This document shows, in pieces, positions 27,101 through 39,100 of a stretch of 64,000 nucleotides of DNA (positions are counted from its first letter, which is position 1; the number at the start of each line of letters is the position of its first letter). The DNA comes from Balanoglossus misakiensis (taxonomy: Eukaryota; Animalia; Hemichordata). The position numbers were made by a program, and so were the translations under genes. The stretch covers positions 9,924,296 through 9,988,295 of the forward strand of contig CM082594.2 in assembly GCA_040954595.2 (NCBI GenBank), read 5' to 3'. The notes beneath the pieces are model-generated. The model saw only the letters and a program-made list of their open reading frames with translations, did not search any database and was not told the origin of the DNA.

Positions 27101-30100
27101 CAAGGAAAGTTTTGAAACCGCAGCTAGTGTGAATGATCGGTATCAAGAATTACCGAGTGGAGCGTTAGAAATCAGAGATATTACATCAGCAGATGAAGCT
27201 GGCTACAGGTGTAGAGCCTCCAATGTTGAAGGAACAAGGCGGAGTGAAGAAGAGAGACTTTCAATCTTGTTTGGTAAGTTTTGCGGTGAAGTGCAGTAGC
27301 GTTTGATGGGTGCGATGAAATTCTTTATATTTCAATTTTGAGGCATGTATGTATTTGTGCCTTGAAGTAAAGCCCGACTTTGAATGCAAAAGATTCAAGT
27401 GATAGAGATAATCTGTATTCCAGTACGGCCGCATCCATTGCAATACATATTTACATGCGATAATAGAAAAGGACCTGCAAATACTGAATGTTTCATCCAG
27501 TGTAAATGTCTCCAAGACATAAAGGATGCTTGTAGAGTTTGTTAACACAGCACACAGATATGTCTTGAGGACTCGCATGGAATTTGTATTCTGACTGGGA
27601 TCTGTCATCAGAATTTGCAACCATGATGTGACCGCAGCCAGGCTTTTGATAAACTGTACATGTAATTCTATTAATACAAAGCGGGGGCCTGGTGGTTAAA
27701 CATAAATACGATTGCTGGCAAACAACTTCTCTTCTGACATACTAAGTAGGGAGTCTCTGTTCAAGACGTGGGGAGTACACAGAATTTAGTTTGTGTCTCA
27801 GACTTTAGTTACAGTTACATCCACAGTGGTTTGATCTTAAAACTTAACACACATCAAGCCAAGAACATAATGTACTGGTATGATACCCAGATTGTTTGTC
27901 TGTTGGCAACATATTTTAACATGGTAACATTTCACGACTTTTACAGGTACTCCACGCAGCAGAGCTCCAGTGTTTGTGTCGCGGCCACAGAACACAGAAG
28001 TGAAAGAAGGCAATGATGTTGTGTTGGAATGTGCTGCCAATGGCTCTCCTAAACCATCAATGTCCTGGTGGAAAGATGGACAGAGAATCCCAACAAGGTA
28101 GGCACATCATCAGTTCAGTAAACTCTGAGTCTGCCTTATTTATCCCTGGACAACAACCATCATCACCATAGCCATCGTACCCTCCACATTCGCTGACTCA
28201 TGTTTACTCAATGTGACTTGCTGGCCCGAAGGCTTCTGGGTCACTCCAAGTTTATCGCAGTGGAACACACAGGGTTAAGGGGTGACAGTATGCAGTTGGA
28301 TTATCTCAAAGAAACTAAATTTTGTAAAGTGACCCACACTGATCCCGAGGCCTTTATTTGTTTAAATTTATTTTCTGGGCACTTGGGGTGAGCTCTCTTG
28401 TCTTAGAAATTTCCACCCCAAGGAGATACAGTAACTCTGCGGCCAAGAATCCATCATTGTGATTTGTGGCGTTGTGAACCCAAATTTGCTGCAAATCATG
28501 TTGAAGACTCAAGACTGGTGCAAACCCCAAGCACCGGTTGTAAGTTTTCTGCCCCCCCCCCCTCCCCATCCCTGTCTCCACTGGCCGCACAACGCACTCC
28601 CACAAGAAACAAGACAGGAGTGGTCTTCCTACACTACATTTCCGGTTTTACAGATGGTGAAATTAGCAAATTCCATGGTAGCAGGGACTGCCTGAAGTTG
28701 GAACAACAACACTAGTCTGTTAATCGTTTTTAGGGTATCAAGTTCAGGAAATGGGGTCGACCATGCCTGAATTGGAATAGCCAAGTGATGCTCAGGGAAG
28801 AACCATTTGATTTCTTGGGTGGGGCTGAAAAATTGATTGCTTCTGCACTGACATACCCAAATCCTCCACTCCACCCCCCAAGAAATCAAATGGTTCTCCC
28901 CTTATAGACAAGAGACCAACCTCTTGCCACATTCCAAACTGATGGTCTTAATTTGTATGTGGCTATAAATCAATGTTTGGTCACTTTTCTGGAATCTTGA
29001 TGTCTTAAGCATGTGTGGTGTGTGCTCACTGACATAGTTGTGTCGGCTGAGTTTTGTAAGGTTTCCATAACATACATGCGTCACTGTGGGTCTTCGTCTC
29101 GTACATCTTTCAAGTGAAGTGTACCTCATATTATCATACTTGTCAAGTTTCTCAAAACCCTGTAATGTGTATTGGAGATGGAATGTCCAAACACTGCCAA
29201 TCCTAGCAGTTAATTATCAAGTCAGATGATTTGATCTGAAACACACACCATACATGTTTATAGTTTGTGTTCAGTTCCTTTGACATATAAGAAATCTTTT
29301 CATTGTGATCTCTTGTCTTCTCATCAACAGCCGAAATCCAGATGTTCATTACTCAATTATTGGTGGAGCCAATCTTCGAATAAAAGGTGTGACAGAGTCG
29401 GACACAGGAACTTATACATGCTCTGCTCTGAATGCCATTGGAGATGAAGACGCCAGGGCTGAACTTCTTGTTCAAGGTAATCTATGAGGGAAATGACAAC
29501 CCTTTGTCTTTCACAGGCTGAAGTGATCATCGTGTTATGTGTTGTATTGTGGTTTTTCAAAGGCACCCTTCCCCCCTTTTTCACACCCCCACCCCATCTG
29601 CTCTACATGTTATGACAGAACCACACATACATATAAGAGGAACATAATGATTGGCTGTACAGTGGCCAATCCAGCACTGAAACTCATCAGGAACATTAGC
29701 CTGCTAAATTCGGATGTACACATGCCTGACTTGTGTCAACACTACTGTCAGCCTCTGCTGTGCAAACACTTCATTACTCCAATTTTGGCAAGCAACAAAA
29801 GAGATGAAAGCCCTGTCATTACGGTTGTCAAATAGGGACAGGTCAGCCCTGTTTACTTGGTAGTAATTAATTCATTAGTTTCGTGAAAAATGACCACGTA
29901 TGCAAACATTTTAGCTGGCAAGACTGATGTGTGAGTGTGGCAGCTATTCAAATCTGCAAATATGAATATTTAACCGTTTCAATACACTACTTAAATCAGT
30001 ATTTGTTTAATAAAATCCCCACAAAGAAATAAATGGAACTCATTAGTACAGTAGGATATGTCCAGTGATAATTTCCTAAAACTGTAATAATAGTGAGTGG

Positions 30101-33100
30101 TGAAGGAAAATATGTAGTCGTTTATAATTGTTGACAGTAATCGGCATTGCCCTCAGTTGAAATACAGATTAGCTGAGAGTGTGAATTTTGATTCAGAAAT
30201 GAGCTTAAATCAACCAATATGTAACTTTATTAATATCTCATTCCTTTGAAGAAGAAAACGGCTGTGTTTCTAACCGTACCCCCAAGTTGAGCGGCAGATA
30301 TTTACTTCCCTTACACAGACGCTGAAGACACTAATTGGGAGATTTTCCATATACAAATATTACTGAGGGCTGGGGCTGATCGAGTATGTGTAATTAATGT
30401 ACTGGCAGTCGGTGCTGTAAAGATATATCTTCATGTGGTATAAAATGCAGTGCACTTAACCGGGCTAGTCTCGTGCATTTATCACCAGTGTGTGCATTGT
30501 TAATGCAGACATGCTGGTGCCAGCACTAATATCCTTGTATTGAGTCATCCCATTCCGTGTGCACTGCGGCAGATTTCCCTTAAGCCTTCCGTGATCACCA
30601 TCGCCGCTGTGTACAAATTGCGTTGGCTGAAGTGACCAGATTAGATGTGACTTAAAATAATAATTGATGACCGCCCTTGTGTGTGTGTGTGTGTGTGTTG
30701 CCTGGAAGATATTACCCCCCCCCCCCTTCCCAGTAGAGGGAGTGCTGTGAAAGACATGAAGTACATGTAATATGAAGTCTGGTTACAAAGTTTAATTTGT
30801 TAGCGAGGGTGTGATTAGAATGAAACAGAGCAAAACTTCAATGACTTTTCTCTCTTTACAATTGATTAATCAGTTAGTCGGTGTCTTGGCACCGCACCTT
30901 ACAACCACTTTGTTGAATTTATTCTCTCATGCTAAGTGACATATTAACCTTTTCTGAAAGCCAGTCAATGTTGAAGTCTTGTGGCACCAGTAGATTAATC
31001 TGAAAAGTGTGAAAGAGGAAAACTAACAAGGTCACCAAATTTTCCTGATTGAACATTGAGTCTGTGAGTTGTTTGTGCATGAAGACTTCGGAATCTGTAT
31101 TTTCTACCCAAAACTGATTCAGATTTTTTTCATCTTTCATCGCAGTTCCTCCCAGATTCGAGAAGCAGCCCACCAGCCTCCACTCGGAGATCAACAAAGA
31201 CATCATATTTGAGTGTAAAGTTTACGGCGTGCCCTTCCCGACCATCGAGTGGATCAAGAACGGCGACATCATCACGCCGAGTGAATACTTCCAGATCGTC
31301 GAGGGAACGAACCTCAAGATTCTGGGTCTGGTGAAGTCGGACGAAGGTCTGTACCAGTGCATGGCCAAGAACAAAGTGGGGAACATTCAAACCAGCGCCC
31401 AGCTCATCATTGTGGACAGAGGTAAGAGCGCCCTCCTTTGGTGAATTTATGACAGGGTTTTAGGATGCCTATGATAAGATCAACCACATCTTGGCAGTAT
31501 TATGAATCAGCAAACCAGCTTCTGCATTCTAAATCTCAGTGAGGGCATTTTTGGTATAGTCTCTTTTCCTGAATCTCCAAAATCAAAGTTACGATTATAA
31601 AGTCTATACCTGCGACCGTAATTTCAAATAGCTGTACATTAGTAGAAATTATGATTGACTAGCAGACTTGAACATTCAGTGAAAATGTAATTCTACACAA
31701 CACCTCTGCCCTTGGCTGGTAACACCACTGATTTAAATTCAAATGAAGTGAATATTGAAAGCGAAACACCTATGAGGCATAGATCCTGCACACGCCTTTA
31801 TTGGCAATGGAAATCTTTATCTCGCAGCTTAGGGCTGGGTGCCGATTCTCTGAAATTAGACACGGTGGATTGAAAAGGAAGGTGTGAAAACATTGATCAG
31901 CGAGGCTATAATCGCACTAAAGTGCTGATGATTTGCAGTATGTGTATTGCACAAATCAATATTTAATTTGCCACAGCATCGGAGGCTGTCATTAGTTGGC
32001 GCCAGCAATCCTGATGTCTGCGCTCCGCGTTTATCCTGAGTTCGCGGAATTAATTTGCCGCCAGCATTTTAAAGGTCTTAGGTGGACTCTGCTGTCATTT
32101 GTCAAGTATTAACTAGTAGAACGGTGAAATTTCCTTTGATATGTGCTTGTAGATATTTAAACTCTGCACTTCTGTGATATTTCATTGTCACCTCCAAGGA
32201 ATAAACATCGCAGTCTTCAAACTGTGTCCTGACTACTTAATCAAGTCTTTTATGATCACCTCAAATGCCCATGCAAGCTGTAATGAATCGAATATAAAAT
32301 TATGATGAAAATATACTTAGGAAAAATGAATATTTATGTGACATTTTTCGTGCTGATTCGATTACGAATTCTCTCAGATAGAGTTCCCTTGCTTCATGAG
32401 ATTAAATTAGTTGAATGAGAAAAAATATAATTCAATTTTGCCATCTATATCATATAATTTATGTGACTGAAATCATTTCGTGCATAGAAGTTGAGATAAT
32501 TGGTCTTGAGACTGACTGCAATAATCAAATGGTTCTGTGATTGTTAGTGGAAGTGTCAACTCTGATTTCTCAAAAACTGCTGTGTGCATCGAGGTTTTGA
32601 TGACAGAACTGTCTCTTCATCCCCATGGAGTTGATTAAAGCTCAGTTTGAAATTGAACTCGGTAATCTCCAAATCGTAGTCATGGAATTGTATCAAAGGC
32701 ACATAGCTGATCGAATCGAACAAGACCACACTGGCTGGACATACATTGTGTTCAGATAGCTGCAGTTGTAATCGTTGTGGTGTTTTTACAGCTGTTTTAA
32801 GCCCAGAGAAACTCAATTACTCTTATCCAGTCAATATATGCCTGAACACCATTCATCATCTAATGTGTGGATCAGTGACACTAGGGAATGTTATGCAGCC
32901 ACATTCATAGTGAACTGAGAGGGCAGTATACAACTTGATGTGCGGCGCGAGGATTGCTTATAAACAAATAGCGAGTAACTTGCTCATGATATAGAACATC
33001 TTGTAGATAAACTCGATTGCATCAATTGTACTCATTCTGCGAATAAATCCCTACTTCAGTTCATCATCTCATTTACTAACAAGAACATCATTATTGTTAC

Positions 33101-36100
33101 TGCTTATGGAATTGGTATTTTACTGAATGCCCGATTACTAAACTAGCATATCTGGAGGTCACATAGATTCGTCAATTCTCCTTCACACGAGAACAAAGAA
33201 AAGTTATTTGACGTAGTTTTGATGCATATGTCTTGTATACGATTATTGATCATGAAGAACCTTTGTTTGATTTTGTTTGGCCTGTGATATTTTGTGACCC
33301 ATTGCCTATTCATTTGATGTGAAAGTTTAACACACAGTGCATTTAAAGTTTTGTTTTTTGGCAGTCGTGTGCTTGTCTTGTGCTCCAACACAGTGTTTGG
33401 CAGATTAAATATTGGCTTTCATATATGACCTGCATGTCGACCAACCCTGCACTAAAAAAAAAAAAACATGTAAAAGATGAGCAACCATTGTAATTGAATA
33501 AGCTTGCACCACATTGTGTTTTGGTAAAACTCCCTTGTCTTTTAATTTGCTGTATTTATTTTGTGCATGTTTGTCTTCTATTTTGTTTTCTTCCCCTTTT
33601 TTTCCCAACCCGGGTCAGATGAGTCCCTTCCCACAATGCCCGTACTGACCAGTAGCACCACTTCACCATCCCCTACTACAACGGTAGGTACAGATTCGTC
33701 TCCTAGCAACGTGAGGGTGCCCAGCTACCCCCGGGATGTGCTCCCAATCACCGTCTCCACTCGCTTCGTCTCACTCTCCTGGAGGGAACCCAGCATCACT
33801 TATGGACATATCCTGGCGTACTCTGTCTACTTCCGGAGGCAAGGCTCGCCCAGGTGAGTGTGTGCCCTCTTATTCCCGTCATTCTGTATCCCGGAAGAGT
33901 CTCCACGATACGGGAAGTCATGATTACCAGACCATGTTTGACTTTGCTTTGAACTTGCTATTTTATTAGACAGTTTTGAACAGTGATGTCGAATGAATGT
34001 GCAAGAAAATGGTGGAAATGACAGTGAACATTTTTCTTGTAGAGAGAGAGTGGTAAACACAACAGGAATTGAATCGGTGACTGTGAGGGATCTCATACCA
34101 TCCACGAGATATGAATTCCGCGTCAAAGCATACAATGAAAATGGACCAGGAGTAAGCTCAGATGTCACCTATGTAGAAACACAGCCTGAAGGTAGGTCGA
34201 CTCAAAATCAGATCAGATCTAGATTCTGCTATCACCATGGCAACCGACTGTGTAAAGCAGATTCTGACTCTACTGTCACCATGGCCACCAGCATGCAGTG
34301 TAAAATCTGTTTGTTTAAGTTTTCAGTACCACACATTGTAAGCCTAGCCTGAGATTCTGTTCATAGAGGACAAACACTAAAATATGTTGAACAAAGTAAT
34401 TTTAACTTTCTGTGCTGTATGCATACTCGTTCTTTTTATTCAAAGTCTAATGGCGATTGTGTCATTGCAGTGCAAGTGCCTGGTCCAGTTCAAAATCTAC
34501 GAGCTGTCGCCGCGTCAACAACCAACGTGAAAGTCTTCTGGGATCCGCCACAGCACCGCAACGGTCAGATAGTCAACTACAAAGTCTACTATGCAGAGTC
34601 GTCCAGACTGAACAGTGAAATGGATGTTGATGTGATTGGTCTCAAGTACACCAAAACTGGATTGAAAATGTATACAGATTATACATTCCGTGTGGTGGCA
34701 TACAACGAGAATGGTCCGGGTGTGTCCAGTGAGGAAGTCATGGTTAGGACGTATTCAGATCGTGAGTATATCCACTGTTTTATTCAGTGTTTGACCCTAC
34801 ACTGTGTTGCATATAGTGTAATGTGTATTGTCATACTTGTTTAAATAGCTGCAGAGACATACACAAACAAGTCCCATTACTATATCCATCACATGATAAT
34901 ATCATCCATACCTTTTGCGCACAGATAGGAGTACACCACAGTTTTACAAATGAGATTGGTTTTGATATTCCGTGAGGTAATTATGATTCTCCCATTACAG
35001 GTAATATGGTTACATTTTACATTATGTGCTAACAACATGTCTCTTCTTCGTTTGCCAGAGCCCAGTGCACCTCCAGCCAATGTAACCATTGTGGGCCAAT
35101 CATCCAAAAGTATCAATATCCAATGGGATCCACCACCAATATCTGCCAGGAATGGTGAAATTACCGGATATAAACTGAGATGGAAGGAAGTGGGAACAAG
35201 ACGTGGCAGTACTATTACTGTGGAGGGTGGAGTCAGGACTTTCACAGTGGCTGGTAAGACAACATGGAATTATGAACTGATGTGAAATCAATCACAGAGT
35301 TTTCTATTTTAAATCATAAATAACATCAGCGACACAAGCCCCAAAGATCTATAATGTACTTGAAGAGGGACTCTATCTATGCCCCACCTATCATATTTGT
35401 ATCTTAATACTGGTAATGAGTAAACAATTTGGTGAGAGTTTTTGTATAATTTTGTGGAATGACCGTGTCTTTCTTGTTTCCTTGCAGAGCTGATGAGAGA
35501 CTCAGACTATGAGTTTAGAATAGGTGCAATGACTGTGAATGGGACAGGTCCATCGACAGACTGGTTGCCAGGCAGAACATTGGAAAATGATCTAGATGGT
35601 GAGTTCATTTGTCAATAATGTCAAGCTATTATTAGTTCTTCATTGTGTATGTCACTATGTGAATAGAATTCTATGGATTCTGTAAAATGTAGAATTGTTA
35701 AGGTCTCATACATGTACTCCTCTGGTGGTATTGTTTCAATTATGTCAACTTTCATTTTCAGAAACCATCGTACCGCCCGCTCCCACGTCTCTGAAAGCTC
35801 GTGCAATGGTGGACAGCATAATCGTGGAATGGACACCACCACCAGCAGAACGCAACATACTTGTGCGTGGATACAGAATCGATTATGGCATTGGCGTACC
35901 TGATCAGTACTTTTTCAACATCAACGACCCAAGTCGCCGTCACTACACACTACGCCATCTGTCGCCAGCGTCTGCATACGTTATTACACTAAAAGCGTTC
36001 AACAACATGGGATTGGGAGTCCCCATTTATGAGAACGTCAACACTCGTCCTGAAAGCAGTAAGTAAACTACAAAGTTAACTGAATTTCTATCAGTTATTA

Positions 36101-39100
36101 ATATCATTTGCAATAGAAATTAACAGATATAAATTTTTTGCGTAGTAGGATTTTGGTAGTTTTTTTACAGGTGCATGATTGCATGCAATATTTTTCCTTA
36201 AATGATCCTTTTTTGCCCAACATCATACAATTTCCAAAAACCTTTACAAAACCGTTGCTTGAAACTTTTTTTGTCTGCAAACTTCACCTTTTCTGCTCTC
36301 CATCACATAGATAAATTTTGAGAAATTTCTGATCACTTTAAGCACTGCTTGGTTAATTGTTGAGAAATCAATGCAGTATTTTTTCACAAAATAGCATGTT
36401 CTTGAAACTTGTAAAAAGCTGTCGTGTTTCTGAGAATTTCTATAATGGCATCTATTTTGTAATTGTTTTTGAGTAAGATTTTATAAAACTGGAACTCGTA
36501 CTGAGCCAACCCATTAATGATATTCTAAAAATTTAGAATAATTTTGTTAAATTTAAATTTATGTTTCAGTGTTGTAAATTTGACACTTAATAGTGGCTTG
36601 TTTGTACCTTGTGATGGTGGAACGTGGTCTGCTTAAATTTTTGTTAAAGTTTGTTCACTTTAATTCTGTGGGCACTGTTCAGTATCTTGCCTTACCCCGC
36701 AATGGCTGCTTTCCAGATCAATCTGATTAAAATCAGATGTAGGGTACAGCGACCACGTAAGTAAAAAACGTCGCTGTACCCTACATCTGATTTTAATCAG
36801 ATTGTTTTCCAGGTCTGCTCGTCAGTGTATTTTGTGGTCATCACCGTTAAAGTTGCTGTTTCCTGTAATCTCTGCTTGTTGATGTATTGAAATTGTAAAT
36901 AGTCACTCATCTGTAGCATACATCAGACCATATTGATGACAACATTGTTTTGATAAAAAAATTTAAGATCAACTAACTTCCAAAAAATTCATGGAATAAG
37001 AACCGGTGTACAGGACTAAGTGAAAAAATTCAATCATGTCATCTACAAACAAGGATTTGAGTGAAATTGTCCTACAGATATGTCGAGCAAATTGTGACGT
37101 AATAAGTGTTCATTTTTGGGACTGGATCTTATCATTCAGTGGCTGCCAGCTTGCTTATTATACTTGCTCACTTGCCTGCGTACCAATTTTCTTGTCGTGT
37201 GTCCAATCTATGTTTGACTGCAACCCACCAAGCACATGTCTACCACTTCTCATTTGTACACTAACCTAAGCAAACATTCCCGTGTTTTTCACTCACAAGC
37301 TACCTTATTTCTACAACCTCGAGTTCGGACTACTACCACAAGTAAGGTGCTTTCTATATCATGCCAACCAGAGGTCAGAGGTCGCGGGCCTCAGCTAGCT
37401 TGCAACCAAATAACCAAATACTGCTGTCCTTATTTTGTATATCAAACCTCTGCATACAGTCCTGCAGCTGTTCTTGGTCCAATACTATCCATTCTCTCCT
37501 TCTGCAGAGCAGCAGGTTGAAATGTACAATCTGGGTTAATATATTGATAAAGTTGGGTTTTGAAAATCAAGATATTTTCTTTAACTCTTTCACCACAAGT
37601 GATTTGGTCCAAATCTGTTGTTTTTAACAGTGGACCTTTATAGAATTACAAAATCAGTGAGTGAAAGACATTGTAAAATGATATGATTGGGTTTTCTATG
37701 TGATTCTACTGCAGTGAGATTTTAACAAATGTGTGTTATTAGATTTTGAAGTGGCACTTTAAGTCACAAATAATTAATGGTAAGGAGTAACACTGGCTGG
37801 TCACAGGGCTTGTGGCCAGAGTAACTGATCCAAGTAGTACCAAAAGGAATATTTTGTTGGGATGTTCATATTATTTTGGGCACAAAACACACATCAATCT
37901 TCACTTTATTCAGCATGAATTAATACAAAAGAAGAGATTGTCTAGCCAGATTGGTCGTGCTTTATCCTGATTGGTTATCTCCATGGACCTCATTCTTAGT
38001 CTTTTAAACCGATATACCTCATTCATGCTTGTTTCTCTCTTCCCATCAGCCCCAGAAACTAACAACCAGATGTGGCCTCCTGTTGGTGTGAGGGCTCAGG
38101 TGCTCTCAGCGTATGCTGTCAAAGTCAAGTGGGCGGATTCTTCACTCAACAGCAAACAACGCATCACAGATAACAGATATTATACTATCATGTACAAAAC
38201 AAACTATCCAGCTGGATCAAGGTGAGTCAGATCAGCCTCTGGGTCAAGTCTGTCAACCGAGTATTTATCATTTGTAACAGCTTTCGTGCGTACAGGATTT
38301 TGTGAAGATTAAATTTCCATATAAACCATGATATAATAACACATCTGAGAAATATGAAATTGTCATCACCCAATATTTTGTTTGTTTCTTCTCTTCCAGG
38401 GCTAAATACATCAACACGACAGCCCTGGAATACACTGTAGATGACCTCAAACCTAGCACCATGTTTGAATTTGCAGTGAAGATGTCGAAAGGGAAACGCT
38501 CAAGTCCTTGGTCGCTCTCTGTTTTCAACAAAACATTTGAATCTAGTAAGTATGGAGAATAACTGCAATGTGTATCAGTAATATTTGAGGGGCTAGCTAC
38601 ATGTTTCTATAAATTAAAAAAAAGTGATGAACAATAGAACATTACAACGTTACATGTAGTATGGGCTTTAAATATATACCAACTTCGCTAAACTGTACAT
38701 TGTGAATTTAGTGAGAGTTTCTCATGGCAACAAAGATACCCAAATCTTGCCATATTTTGTGGGTTATTTTAGTAAACGTCTCATTTGATTTTTTTTGTTC
38801 CACTAACAGTGCCAGGATCAGCACCCAGAACTTTGACCATAGTACCAGTCGAAAACGATCCCTCAGCTATCAACCTGAACTGGCAACCTCCGAAATATCC
38901 AAATGGTGTCATTAATGGTGAGTCAACATGTTACCAGAACAATGGCCATCCGTACATTACTTGGATTTGAAACAAAACGTTAAATAGACAGTTTTACCAC
39001 ATGTGATTCGAGTTGCTGAGCATCTCAGGTTGTGGAACCGTCGATCTGGCCCCATTATGAACATCCATAGTTTTGTTAAGAGAGCCCTTTAGCAATTGTC

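Noticed and set aside
27681-27705. tRNA/SINE A-box-like word gcctggtggttaaaca (similar word at ~43492)
   Set aside because: No B-box or cloverleaf follows; too short to call a tRNA or SINE
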